Counted from the first letter of the stretch, positions 1-9,888 are shown. The stretch: 64,000 nucleotides of DNA from Candidatus Iainarchaeum sp. (GCA_017610205.1 JAFCCL010000002.1:64001-128000); one strand, 5' to 3'. Notes: generated by a model from the letters alone, not told the origin. Made by a program: numbers and translations.

Positions 1-216
1 CATTCCTGAAAATTGCTTAACCATTTCAAAAGCAGGGTCCAAAGCAATGCATTCTGCACTATCTTCAAAAAGGCTTGTTACCTGCCCAGTACCTGCTCCA
101 ATGTCAAGCAAGAGACCGGTTAATTGAATGTTTTTCTTTATTGTTTCAGCCTTTTTTTGCTGCCCCCCGAAATGAAGTTGGTTGTAACCCCTGCTTATTT
201 CATTATAATAATCCAT
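1..216 (-). CDS. class I SAM-dependent methyltransferase (partial, runs off window start)
   Basis: Manual translation from ATG at 216: MDYYNEISRGYNQLH...LLLDIGAGTGQVT...IALDP (motif I DxGxGxG). Confidence 0.8.
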   Translation of the reverse strand, partial: MDYYNEISRGYNQLHFGGQQKKAETIKKNIQLTGLLLDIGAGTGQVTSLFEDSAECIALDPAFEMVKQFSGM

Positions 217-251
217 TCAATCAACTGCTTATTTCATTATAGTAATGCATT
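191..251. repeat. 27-bp direct repeat duplicating the methyltransferase start
   Basis: ctgcttatttcattataataatccatt (191-217) vs ctgcttatttcattatagtaatgcatt (225-251), 2 mismatches. Confidence 0.8.
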
Positions 252-381
252 AGAAAAACTTGCCTTAGAAAGCCCTAAAAAAAGAACTGGCATTCCATTA
301 AGCGGGTTAAAAGGGTTAAGGGCAAACCACACTGAAACACACATTTATAATAAGTATGAAATGTATGATTAGATAATAAGG

Positions 382-729
382 GTGATTTTTTTGGATGCCA
401 GGTATAAAGTGAAATGTTATGGCAGTGCAACTGTTGGTGAAAGAGGCCAGGTTGTGCTTCCTGTTGAAATAAGAAAGCTTTTTGGAATAAAGCCAGGTGA
501 CAAGCTTATTGTAATGGGCGTAGATAAGGGATTTCAAAGTGTTTCTTTAATGAAGTCAGAGGCTGTTACAAAAATGTTTGAACACATGCTTGATTTTGAA
601 AAGACCATGAAAGAAGGCGGAAAAAATCTTGAAAAACTTCAAAAGGAAGGCTTGGAAGGAATACAAAAACTTAAGGAAAGCGGCATTGAAGGCCTTGGAA
701 AAAAGCCCAATGGAAAAATGAAAAAATAG
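382..729 (+). CDS. AbrB/MazE/SpoVT family DNA-binding protein
   Basis: YGSATVGERGQVVLPVEIRKLFGIKPGDKL swapped-hairpin signature; heads an ABC operon. Confidence 0.9.
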   Translation: MIFLDARYKVKCYGSATVGERGQVVLPVEIRKLFGIKPGDKLIVMGVDKGFQSVSLMKSEAVTKMFEHMLDFEKTMKEGGKNLEKLQKEGLEGIQKLKESGIEGLGKKPNGKMKK

Positions 730-741
730 TTGGTGAATGGA

Positions 742-1452
742 ATGGAAAAACCTGTTATAAGAGTTGAAAATGTTTCAAAAATTTATGACATGGGAAAGGT
801 GCAGGTAAAGGCATTGGATGGCGTAAGCCTTTCAGTTAACAAGGGCCAGTTTCTTTCAATTATGGGACCAAGCGGTTCCGGAAAAACCACGCTCTTGGAT
901 GTTCTTAGTGCGCTTTTAAGGCCAACAAAGGGTGAAGTTTTTGTAAACGGAAAGCCAATCAGCAAAATGGGCGACGACCAGCTTGCACAGGTTAGAGGAA
1001 AAACAATTGGATTTATTTTTCAGACATTTAACCTTATTCCAAGAATGTCGGCATTGGAAAACGTTATGCTGCCTTTGTGGTTTGCAGGAAAGCCTGTTGA
1101 CGAAAGGAAAAAAATTGCCGAAAAAATTCTTGAAGAAGTTGGACTTGGACAAAGAATGCACCACAAGCCAAATGAACTAAGCGGTGGCCAAAGGCAAAGA
1201 GTTGCAATTGCAAGGGCACTTGCAACAAATCCTGACGTAATTGTTGCCGATGAGCCAACAGGCAACCTTGATACAGTTTCAGGCGAACAGATTCTTGAAC
1301 TTATAAGTGAATTAAACAAAAAACAGGGAAAAACTGTTTTGATGGTAACACACGAAAGCGAAGTTGCCGAAAGGGCACACGAAACAATATTCTTAAGAGA
1401 CGGAAAAATAGTAAAAAAAGAAAAAAATGGAAAGAGGAGGACTAAAAAATGA
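742..1452 (+). CDS. ABC transporter ATP-binding protein (LolD/MacB-like)
   Basis: Walker A GPSGSGKT, LSGGQRQR signature, ADEPTGNLD, H-loop VTH. Confidence 0.95.
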   Translation: MEKPVIRVENVSKIYDMGKVQVKALDGVSLSVNKGQFLSIMGPSGSGKTTLLDVLSALLRPTKGEVFVNGKPISKMGDDQLAQVRGKTIGFIFQTFNLIPRMSALENVMLPLWFAGKPVDERKKIAEKILEEVGLGQRMHHKPNELSGGQRQRVAIARALATNPDVIVADEPTGNLDTVSGEQILELISELNKKQGKTVLMVTHESEVAERAHETIFLRDGKIVKKEKNGKRRTKK

Positions 1453-2681
1453 AGAAAATAATATTGCCATTGCTGTTTGTTTTACTGCTTGCAGGCTATG
1501 CTTTTGCAGGCGACCTTGAGGCAGTCAGCTTAAGCTATAGCCCGGCACCTGTTGCGCCAGGCAACGCATTAACAGTTTGGGTGCAGGTAAAAAACAATTC
1601 AATATATGACGCAGAAGACGCTATTATTCAGCTGAAAACTGAATTTCCATTTGTTTTGCAGCCAGGAGAAACAGTACAGCAAAACATTGGCATAATCAAC
1701 CCGTTTGAAACAACAACAGTTGAATACAAACTTTTGGTTGAAGACAATGCAATAGATGGATTGCACTCAATCAAAGTTCTTGTAGGCGAAGAAATTCCAA
1801 TAAGGGAAAGCTCATTTTCAATAAATGTTCTAAGCAGGACACCAAAGCTTGAAATTGTAGAAAGCAATGTAGATGAACTTTCACCAGGAAAAATAACACC
1901 AATAATACTCACAGTAAAAAACATTGGCGGAAGCATTGCAAAAAACATTGTGCTCAAAGTAAATCCTGAAAGGACAATAACCTCAACAGGAGTTGTGGTT
2001 GAAAGGGAAATAGTTTCAGTTGGAGCATCGTCAAAATATATAGACAGGCTTGAAATGGACGAAAGTGCAAATGTTCAACTTGACCTTTCAGTAAATCAAA
2101 ATGCAGAACTAAAAAACTATTCTGTTCCAATTACAATAGAGTACTTTGATCAAAACGGATCATCAAAAACTGAAACCGCATACCTTGGAATAAAAGTAAC
2201 TGCAGAGGCCCAGGTTGATGCAGTAATAAACAGCATAACACCAGGAGCATTTCCAGGCGGAACAAGCGAAATAGTTATTGACATGTTCAACATAGGATTG
2301 GCTGATGCAAAATATGTTGTAGTGGAAATTTCAGGAGAGTACATAAGTGTTGAAGAATCAAAGCAGTTTATTGGAACATTGGAAGCAGATGATTTTGACT
2401 CATTCAAAACAAAAATTTCATTCGATGTTACAACACCAATGCAGGAAATTCCTTTGACACTCAGCATATACTATAAGGACGATGAGCTTGCTGAAAGAAT
2501 TGAAACAAAACAACTCATGGTCAATGTCGCAGGTCCTGGAGAAGCAGCAGGCGCTGGCGGAAGCATACTAACCGGATTTATTAGTTTGGTTGCCATTGTG
2601 CTTGAACTAATAGGGTTGTATGTCGTAGCCAAATGGGCATATCCAAGGGCAAAATCTTTTTTGGTAAAAAGAAAGAAGTAA
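1449..2681 (+). CDS. COG1361 S-layer-like secreted/membrane-anchored protein
   Basis: Signal peptide, repeated Ig-like 'VKN.G...A.N' units, C-terminal TM helix; typical partner of MacB-type ABC operons in archaea. Confidence 0.8.
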   Translation: MKKIILPLLFVLLLAGYAFAGDLEAVSLSYSPAPVAPGNALTVWVQVKNNSIYDAEDAIIQLKTEFPFVLQPGETVQQNIGIINPFETTTVEYKLLVEDNAIDGLHSIKVLVGEEIPIRESSFSINVLSRTPKLEIVESNVDELSPGKITPIILTVKNIGGSIAKNIVLKVNPERTITSTGVVVEREIVSVGASSKYIDRLEMDESANVQLDLSVNQNAELKNYSVPITIEYFDQNGSSKTETAYLGIKVTAEAQVDAVINSITPGAFPGGTSEIVIDMFNIGLADAKYVVVEISGEYISVEESKQFIGTLEADDFDSFKTKISFDVTTPMQEIPLTLSIYYKDDELAERIETKQLMVNVAGPGEAAGAGGSILTGFISLVAIVLELIGLYVVAKWAYPRAKSFLVKRKK

Positions 2682-2739
2682 ACTGGAAAGCCTCCTCTTT
2701 CCCTTTTTTCCTTTCCAAAAAAAAAATACTGGTGTTTGA

Positions 2740-3942
2740 ATGGAAATTGACCAAGAGCTTTTTTCAATTGCTTTTCGCAACCTAAAAATGCACAAACTTC
2801 GCTCTTTTTTAACACTTCTTGGAATAATTATTGGAATTGGCGCAATAGTAGGACTTGCCTCAATAGGAGAAGGACTAAACCAGTCAGTAACAGAAGAATT
2901 TGAAAGAATGGGACTTGACACCCTTACAGTGCAGTCAGGATCAAGCACGGGAATGGCAACTGCAGTAAGCGAGTCACTTAAGGAAGACGATATTGGATTA
3001 ATTGACGGAATTCCAGGCGTTGAAAGTGTGTCAGGATTTTATGAAACAGCAGAAATTGCAGAATTTCGCGGACAGCAAGCGTCAATTTTTATAATCGGAA
3101 TAGCACCAGATGCAAGAGAATTCCTTGAAAAAGCAGGGTATATTGACATAATAAAAGGCAGACATCTTGAATCAAACGACGGATATGCGGTGGTAATTCC
3201 TGAAAGTTTTGTAGAAGCCTTTGAAGGCGAAACATTAAGAGTTAAGGACCAGCTTGAAATAGACGGACAAAAATTCAAAATTGTCGGAATTTCAAAAGAC
3301 ATGAGCGGAGCATTCGGAGGACTTGTTTCAAACATGGTTTTTTTCCCAAAAGAAACCGTTCAGGACTTTTTTGGAGAAGAGAATCCAACAGAAATAATGG
3401 TACAGGCAACAGACAGAGAACTAGTTGACGAAGTGGCTGACAAAATAACTGAAAGGCTTAAGAGGACACATGGGGAAGAAGATTTCACAGTAATGACAAC
3501 AGAAAACATTATGGAAAGTGCAGGAGTTGTACTTGGTTTAATTCAAACAGTTTTGATTGCCCTTGCAGCCATCAGCCTTGTTGTTGGAGCTATTGGAATA
3601 ATGAACACAATGCTAATGGCAGTAATGGAAAGAACAAAAGAAATTGGAGTAATGAAAGCTGTTGGGGCAACAAACAAAAAAGTTTTGTCAATCTTTTTAG
3701 CCGAATCAGCGTTAATAGGAACTGTTGGAGGAATTATTGGAATTATATTTGGGTTTATTCTTGCAGGAATTGTGTCTGTTGTGGCAACACTTTCAGGATT
3801 TGGACTACCAATTGGGGTAAATATTGTGGCAATAATCGTAGCAGTTGCTGTTTCAGTATTTGTTGGAATGGTTTCAGGCTATTTGCCTGCAAGAAGGGCT
3901 GCATTGCTTGAGCCTGTTGAAGCACTAAGGTATGGAAAGTGA
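2740..3942 (+). CDS. ABC transporter permease (MacB/FtsX family)
   Basis: RSFLTLLGIIIG N-terminus; GIMNTMLMAVMERTKEIGVMKAVGA; PVEALRY C-terminus. Confidence 0.95.
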   Translation: MEIDQELFSIAFRNLKMHKLRSFLTLLGIIIGIGAIVGLASIGEGLNQSVTEEFERMGLDTLTVQSGSSTGMATAVSESLKEDDIGLIDGIPGVESVSGFYETAEIAEFRGQQASIFIIGIAPDAREFLEKAGYIDIIKGRHLESNDGYAVVIPESFVEAFEGETLRVKDQLEIDGQKFKIVGISKDMSGAFGGLVSNMVFFPKETVQDFFGEENPTEIMVQATDRELVDEVADKITERLKRTHGEEDFTVMTTENIMESAGVVLGLIQTVLIALAAISLVVGAIGIMNTMLMAVMERTKEIGVMKAVGATNKKVLSIFLAESALIGTVGGIIGIIFGFILAGIVSVVATLSGFGLPIGVNIVAIIVAVAVSVFVGMVSGYLPARRAALLEPVEALRYGK

Positions 3943-3991
3943 AAAAAATGAATGTAGTTATTGAAACTGAATGGAAGGAAAAGTGAAAAAA

Positions 3992-5191
3992 ATGACATTG
4001 ATTGATACTGAATTGTTTCACATTGCATTCAAAAACCTTAAAGGAAGAAGGCTTAGGTCGTTTCTCACAATTTTTGGAATAGTAGTAGGAATTGCTGCAA
4101 TTGTTGCACTTATTTCAATAGGAGAGGGATTAAACCAGTCAGTAACTGCAGAATTTGAACAGCTTGGAACCAACACAATAATGGTTTTGCCAGGAGGAGG
4201 CTTTATGGAAAGCGTGTTTGCAAAGCTAAGCGATGACGATGTTGACTTGATTGAAGACGTCAAAGGTGTTGACTTTGCTGCAGCGCTTTATATAACAAGC
4301 CTTCAGGTAGAATATAAAAAAGAAATCAAAACAGTTATTGTAATAGGCATTGACCCTGAAAAAATTGACCAGCTTGGGTTTATTGGAATAGCAAATGTTG
4401 AAGAAGGAAGAAACCTGACACCGCATGATACAACCGCTGTCGTAATCGGAAGCAAGTTTGGTGAAAAAGTACTAAAAGATGACATTGGCTTAAAGCAAAG
4501 CCTTAAAGTTAACGGAGACAAGCTTAGAATTGTTGGAATACTTGAAGAGGCCCAAAACAATTTTGCAAGCATGTTCAATACAGCACTCGCTATGAATAGC
4601 GATTCACTCAAAGGCATTAGTGGCACAGAACTTACTCCATTTAGGATAATTGTAAAAGCCCTTCCAGGAGAAGACATTGGTGAATTAAAGGAAAGAATTA
4701 GTGACAGGCTTAAAAAAGACCACGGCAAAAAGGATTTTCAGGTAATGGACTTGCAGCAAATATCAGAAATAGCAGGTTCGGTAATTGGAATGATAAGCCT
4801 GGTCCTTATAGGAATTGCGGCGATTTCACTTTTGGTCGGAGGCATTGGAATAATGAACACAATGTTAATGTCAGTTCTTGAAAGAACAAAGGAAGTAGGA
4901 GTAATGAAGGCAATTGGGGCAACAACTCCGCGCATAATAAGCATTTTTGTAGTGGAAGCAGGAATGATTGGGCTTGTCGGAGGGGCAATGGGACTGCTTC
5001 TTGGAATAGGAGCCGCAGGCATTGTTTCAATTATTGCCGAAATGGCAGGATTGGCACTAACTGCTGTTGTAACACCAGGCCTTATTATAGGGGCACTTAT
5101 ATTTAGTATGAGTGTTGGAATGGTTGCAGGAGTTTATCCAGCAATAAGAGCCGCAAGTGTTGAACCAGTTGAAGCTCTAAGATATGAATAA
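3992..5191 (+). CDS. ABC transporter permease (MacB/FtsX family), tandem paralog
   Basis: RSFLTIFGIVVG; GIMNTMLMSVLERTKEVGVMKAIGA; PVEALRYE; alternative start at 3971. Confidence 0.93.
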   Translation: MTLIDTELFHIAFKNLKGRRLRSFLTIFGIVVGIAAIVALISIGEGLNQSVTAEFEQLGTNTIMVLPGGGFMESVFAKLSDDDVDLIEDVKGVDFAAALYITSLQVEYKKEIKTVIVIGIDPEKIDQLGFIGIANVEEGRNLTPHDTTAVVIGSKFGEKVLKDDIGLKQSLKVNGDKLRIVGILEEAQNNFASMFNTALAMNSDSLKGISGTELTPFRIIVKALPGEDIGELKERISDRLKKDHGKKDFQVMDLQQISEIAGSVIGMISLVLIGIAAISLLVGGIGIMNTMLMSVLERTKEVGVMKAIGATTPRIISIFVVEAGMIGLVGGAMGLLLGIGAAGIVSIIAEMAGLALTAVVTPGLIIGALIFSMSVGMVAGVYPAIRAASVEPVEALRYE

Positions 5192-5196
5192 ACCTG

Positions 5197-5212
5197 TCAA
5201 CCATTTGGTTGA
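5197..5212. promoter_or_regulatory. palindrome TCAACCA-TT-TGGTTGA upstream of a TATA-like box
   Basis: Perfect 7-bp inverted repeat about 18 bp upstream of tatattaa (5231); precedes a putative wHTH gene. Confidence 0.4.
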
Positions 5213-5347
5213 ATTTTTTTCAACCCTAATTATATTAAGCCAAAAGCAGGAATTGTTTTACAGGCAACAAGAGGGCTAAGTTGTATCTCTTGGTGAGCCT
5301 GCTCAAAAAGACAATGGTGTCTGCATGGTTTTAGGACTCGGACATCG

Positions 5348-5647
5348 TTGTCTTCAAAAAAAGGTGTTTTTGGGATTTTGGAGGGAACAACTTTGAAGGA
5401 AGCAGCATCTCTTAGAGTGCTTTTTCAAAAAGCACCTAATGCAAGCCCAAAACATGTAAGGGCATTGCTTTGTATCCTTCGCCACAAAAACACCTATCTT
5501 TCAATGAAAGACATTGAAAAAAACACCTTTATCAAAAACAGCGAACTAAAAAAAATAATGCAGTCTTTTTCAAAAAGCAGGCTTGTAGAAAAAGAAGGCT
5601 GCCTTTACAAAAAAATTGACGGGGAAAAAATTGTTGAAATTATTTAA
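5348..5647 (+). CDS. putative winged-helix DNA-binding protein
   Basis: ALLCIL...LSMKDIEKNTFIKNSELKKIMQSFSKSRLVEKEGCLY resembles wHTH helix-turn-helix plus wing; start uncertain. Confidence 0.55.
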   Translation: MSSKKGVFGILEGTTLKEAASLRVLFQKAPNASPKHVRALLCILRHKNTYLSMKDIEKNTFIKNSELKKIMQSFSKSRLVEKEGCLYKKIDGEKIVEII

Positions 5648-5685
5648 AATTTTGAAATTATTTAAAGCAAGCAAAAGAATTTTTG

Positions 5686-6843
5686 TCATTCTTTGTAAAG
5701 CAATTCAACAACCTTTTTTGCAATCTTTTCTTTTTTGCCACGCCCAACAAGCCAGGCTCGCATCTCACTCTTTGTAAACTGTCTTCTTTGCACACCTATT
5801 GTCTTAACAATCCTGCCAATGTCCTCAATTTCAGACCGCGAATATCCTGCAAATGGGTTTTTGCTAATTTTAATGCCTTTCTTTGCATGACCAAGCTTTG
5901 CCTCTAGAACATTCTGCTTTCCCTGCAATTCCCTTTCCTTTTCAGCATACTGCTGTGATGTAATTCGCCTCTTAAGCATATCATATTTCCAAACCGAACG
6001 CTCTTTCAAAACCTCAACAAGCTCAAGGTTGAGAGCATCCTTTTGGGTTCTTTTCTTCAAATAATATTTCCAGCCTACTAAAGTTATTAAACTGGCAACA
6101 ACCAAAAGCACAATAATAGGAGCAAAGAAAAGAAAAAAGCTCATTACAAAAGCACCAACATCAAAAGGCACATAAATTGATTCTGGAACAAGTGTAAACA
6201 CATAGGTTTCTGATTCAGAAAATGTTTCAGAGCCAAGAACTCCGGAAACCCTTATCAGGTAAGTTGTTGAAAACCCTTCCTCGCTTTCTGAAGAAGGCAG
6301 TGTTTCAGAAAGAGTGAAAATGTTTTTGCCTGAATCAAAAACCATTGGCTTTTCAATTCCAGAATCTTCATTTATAAGAAACGCTTCAAGACCCCCGAGC
6401 TCTCCAAAAAAGGGGCTTGAAACCTCTACAATAAATTCAACCTGTTCACCAAAAGTAAAAACTTTTTTTTCAGGAGAAACTAAAACTGTTGTAAAAGGCT
6501 TGTCAGGCCTTTCAGTCGGAGTTATTGTAACATACATTAAGGCATTGCTTTCACCACTGGAGTCAACTGCTGTAACATAGTAAAGGTGTTCCTTGACAAG
6601 ATCAATGCCTTGGTCAAGATAAGATTTTTCAGTTGATGAACCAATGTTGAGCATTTCAGTAATGATTTCGCCCCTGTAAATTTTGAAAGAAGTGGCACCA
6701 CCCTCATGACCCCAGGTTATTTTAACAGAATTAAAGCCAACAAATTCACCATTAAGATTGGTTACTGGTTCCGGCACAGCCAAGGCAAAAGAAGCCATTA
6801 GCACAAGGCATACAAAAATTGGCAAAAATTGTTTTTTCATCAT
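5686..6843 (-). CDS. secreted/membrane protein with fibronectin type III domain
   Basis: Signal peptide; ITW...FKIYRG...YLD...YYVTAVDSSGES FN3 pattern; single TM; cytoplasmic helical tail. Confidence 0.8.
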   Translation of the reverse strand: MMKKQFLPIFVCLVLMASFALAVPEPVTNLNGEFVGFNSVKITWGHEGGATSFKIYRGEIITEMLNIGSSTEKSYLDQGIDLVKEHLYYVTAVDSSGESNALMYVTITPTERPDKPFTTVLVSPEKKVFTFGEQVEFIVEVSSPFFGELGGLEAFLINEDSGIEKPMVFDSGKNIFTLSETLPSSESEEGFSTTYLIRVSGVLGSETFSESETYVFTLVPESIYVPFDVGAFVMSFFLFFAPIIVLLVVASLITLVGWKYYLKKRTQKDALNLELVEVLKERSVWKYDMLKRRITSQQYAEKERELQGKQNVLEAKLGHAKKGIKISKNPFAGYSRSEIEDIGRIVKTIGVQRRQFTKSEMRAWLVGRGKKEKIAKKVVELLYKE

Positions 6844-6908
6844 TTAATAATAAGAACAAAGCGGTATTTATTTGTTGTTTTTTTAAAAAGAAAGGACTAT
6901 TAAAAAAA

Positions 6909-7658
6909 TTATTGCAATTTGTCCATTATTTCAAGGCCTTTTTCAGTAATTGCATATGGAATTATGTCCTTGTCATAATTTGAATAACGCATTTTTCTTA
7001 CTTCAAGACTTCTGTAGTCGCCCACACCTATTTCAATATAGTGCATTATTATTACACCATCTGTAATAAATTCCGAGATTCCATCAGCACTCAACCTTTT
7101 GGATTCCTCATAAAGTTCAGAAGTAAGCAATGTTGTAAGCTTGTATTTTTTCAGCTCCCTAATCAATTTGTAAAGAATGCTTTTTGCAATAATCTGTTCA
7201 GTTCTAGGAATTGGAGAAACCTTTTCAACAACCTGCACAAGCGAAAAATCGCTTTGAGTCCCCATTCCGCCAATTATAAGAGCATCTGTTAAAGTTGTCA
7301 TGCTGTCAATTGCAACCCTTTTTGGCTGAAATTCCTTTATTACTACATCCACCTCAGATAAGAAATTTGAACCGTGAGTAATGTCAAAATAGAGTATTTT
7401 TAAGAGATTTTTTTCCTCAAGCTTTTCAAGATCCCATCCAAATGACGCAGCCTGCTTGTAAAGCTCTTCAGGACTTTGCTCTGTGCTAATATAAAGTGCT
7501 TTTTCACCAAAAAGATTTGCGCCATTTAAAAGAAACTGAAGACAAAGAGTACTTTTTCCTGTTCCTGCACCACCAGAAATAAGCACAAGATTACCCTGAG
7601 GAATGCCTCCTTCAAGTGCCTTGTCAAGACCCTGAATTCCAAATTTTGTTTTTTCCAT
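6909..7658 (-). CDS. KaiC-like / RecA-superfamily ATPase (single domain)
   Basis: GIQGLDKALEGGIP, GGAGTGKS Walker A, VAIDS Walker B, EFITDGVI, LEVRKMR. Confidence 0.92.
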   Translation of the reverse strand: MEKTKFGIQGLDKALEGGIPQGNLVLISGGAGTGKSTLCLQFLLNGANLFGEKALYISTEQSPEELYKQAASFGWDLEKLEEKNLLKILYFDITHGSNFLSEVDVVIKEFQPKRVAIDSMTTLTDALIIGGMGTQSDFSLVQVVEKVSPIPRTEQIIAKSILYKLIRELKKYKLTTLLTSELYEESKRLSADGISEFITDGVIIMHYIEIGVGDYRSLEVRKMRYSNYDKDIIPYAITEKGLEIMDKLQ

Positions 7659-7754
7659 AAAAAAACCTTCAAATAGTAATAAGACTTCACTCTATATAAA
7701 TTTTTCTCATGCAATATGATCCGTTTAAATCATTTTGGGAGACTAATTTAAGTT

Positions 7755-8480
7755 ATGACATTAAGTCTTTCAACAGGAAGCGTTTGGAAAGCAGTAGACA
7801 ATCGAATTGAAGGGGTGCATCTTGTAGAAAAATTATTTTCTAGCCTGATTGACGGAGTTGAATTGTGCTTGATTGACCAAAAAGGTTTTGAAGAATTTGA
7901 ATTGGATAAAAAAAGCATAAAATTTCTTAAAGGAATGAAATTCAATTCACTGCATACACCAAGCAGGGAATATGGAAAAAGCAGGCAAAGTAAAAAAATT
8001 CTTGAAAAAATTGACAAAATTAGCCAAATCATAAAACTAGAGCACGTTACATTTCACCCAAATCATGTTAAGGATTTTTCTGCATTAAAAAAATTTGAAT
8101 TCAAAACATGCATTGAAAACTTGGCGTGTGGAGAAATGCACAAGGGGTGGCAGTTTCCAAAAGAGATAAAGGCATTTCTTGAAAAGGAAAAAGACATTGG
8201 TTTCTGCTTTGATGTAAGCCATGCGATGTCAAATGGAATAAACCCAAAAGAATTTTTGGAATTGCTGGGAGAAAGAATTTCATGCATCCACCTTAGTGCA
8301 ATTGAAAAAGAAGGAAGGGAAAATCACAAGTTTGTTTTTAATTCAAGCAAACAAGCACAGAAAAAAATTGAGCCGGTTTTTACTTTTGGTGTTCCTTTAA
8401 TCATAGAAGTTGCCCTTGAAAAAGAAAAAATCCCGCTAATAAAAAAAGAGATATCTTTTGTAAGAAAAAAACTCGGTTAA
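7755..8480 (+). CDS. AP endonuclease 2 / xylose isomerase-like TIM barrel protein
   Basis: Metal ligands in SLH, TFHP, IEN, FDVSH, IHLS, IIE. Confidence 0.8.
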   Translation: MTLSLSTGSVWKAVDNRIEGVHLVEKLFSSLIDGVELCLIDQKGFEEFELDKKSIKFLKGMKFNSLHTPSREYGKSRQSKKILEKIDKISQIIKLEHVTFHPNHVKDFSALKKFEFKTCIENLACGEMHKGWQFPKEIKAFLEKEKDIGFCFDVSHAMSNGINPKEFLELLGERISCIHLSAIEKEGRENHKFVFNSSKQAQKKIEPVFTFGVPLIIEVALEKEKIPLIKKEISFVRKKLG

Positions 8481-9052
8481 ATTTCAGCTTCAAGCTGTCG
8501 CCTTACTCTTTTGTCGGAAAAATCAAACAAAGACTGTTTCTTTATTATAAATTCGCACGAATTCCCACCCAAGGCACAGCAGTGGGTTTCAACACAATCA
8601 ACAGATTCCTCAAAAACTCTTGAAAAAAGCCCTGCAAGAATACCCCTCAAAATATGGTCTGCCGGCGCTTTAAGTTTTGAATTAAGATTTTTTGCAACAG
8701 GATTATTCGAAACCCGAACAATTGCTTTTTTTGAATTAAAATCAAGATCAACATTCTTTATAGTGCCCCAACCAGATGCCACAAAATATTGTTCTAAAAA
8801 CGCAACCATCTTTTTTCCCCTTAAACCAAACTCCAATCCAAAAGCAGGAATAAGATTGTCTGCAACACTCTCCCTTATTGCAACATACAGCTTTTTTTCA
8901 AATTCAGGATCATTTGTTTCAAGAAGACATGAAAGGAGCTGAGTAGGGCAAACAAGAAAGGGCAAGTCTACGAGAAAAAAATTGTTATGCTTGTACTTCA
9001 AAGAATTTGCATAAATAAACTTGTCGTAAAATCTGTTAAGCGTTGAAATCAC
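8477..9052 (-). CDS. V4R (4-vinyl reductase-like) domain protein
   Basis: SGWG, RGILAGLFS, VETHCCALGGNSCEFII. Confidence 0.85.
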   Translation of the reverse strand: MISTLNRFYDKFIYANSLKYKHNNFFLVDLPFLVCPTQLLSCLLETNDPEFEKKLYVAIRESVADNLIPAFGLEFGLRGKKMVAFLEQYFVASGWGTIKNVDLDFNSKKAIVRVSNNPVAKNLNSKLKAPADHILRGILAGLFSRVFEESVDCVETHCCALGGNSCEFIIKKQSLFDFSDKRVRRQLEAEI

Positions 9053-9119
9053 CTTTTAACATTGGAACAGTAAGGTATTCTTTTAATTTAAATTTAATTA
9101 GTTGCCATTTGAACCAAAA

Positions 9120-9833
9120 TTAAAGCATTGAAATAATAGTTAAAACAAGAACACTTACAAGAACCCCAATAAGGAACAAAAGAGGTTTTCCCGACTGACC
9201 TCTTGGCAAAGTGTCCCTTACAGCAATATAAAGCATTGCACCCAAAACAAATGAAAAAAGAAGATGGTAAAGATAAGGTGTTAGGTTCAATGCATAAGCA
9301 GCCAACACGCCAAAAACCGGTGACATAGGAAGAAGAAAGCCTGCAAGAAGCTTTTTGTTAAATGTTTTATCAATGTCATTCAAAGAAAGACTGCTTGAAA
9401 AAGTGTGCAAAAGCAACGGAATAAAGATAAGGAACCCTGACAAAATCCCCTCAATGCTAAAAGCAAGAAAAAGAGTTATTCCAACAAGGAAATGGTTTAC
9501 AAAAAAACCAAGTGCATGAATTGAAGCAAGGTCCTTCATTTGCTCTTTCTTGTTCACAATATGCTGGTAAACATACTTTTCGCCAAGATGCAGTGAAACA
9601 AAACCAGCAAGCATCAGCAAAAAAATGCTTTCTCCAACATGATACATTCCATTAAAAAATTCAGGAAGCAGGTAAAGAAAAATTAAACCAAGGAAAAGCC
9701 CAGCAGAAAAAGAAATTGTCTGCATATGAAACTTTTTAACATGCTCTGCATATTTTTCAGAAAAGAAATGAACAGATGCAAGAATCAAAGAAAGCAGGAA
9801 GGCCGAAATTACTGCATAAAAAGATGGAATCAT
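9120..9833 (-). CDS. ZIP-like metal transporter membrane protein
   Basis: About 8 TM helices; FSAG...LLPE, His in TM segments, GAMLYIAVRDTLP. Confidence 0.7.
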   Translation of the reverse strand: MIPSFYAVISAFLLSLILASVHFFSEKYAEHVKKFHMQTISFSAGLFLGLIFLYLLPEFFNGMYHVGESIFLLMLAGFVSLHLGEKYVYQHIVNKKEQMKDLASIHALGFFVNHFLVGITLFLAFSIEGILSGFLIFIPLLLHTFSSSLSLNDIDKTFNKKLLAGFLLPMSPVFGVLAAYALNLTPYLYHLLFSFVLGAMLYIAVRDTLPRGQSGKPLLFLIGVLVSVLVLTIISML

Positions 9834-9888
9834 AACTTGAAGAAAAAGGCTTTTTATATTTAAATAGTTTTCTGAAGTAAACTATTTT

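Noticed and set aside
382-729. AbrB protein as a toxin-antitoxin antitoxin
   Set aside because: It is followed by an ABC transporter operon, not a toxin
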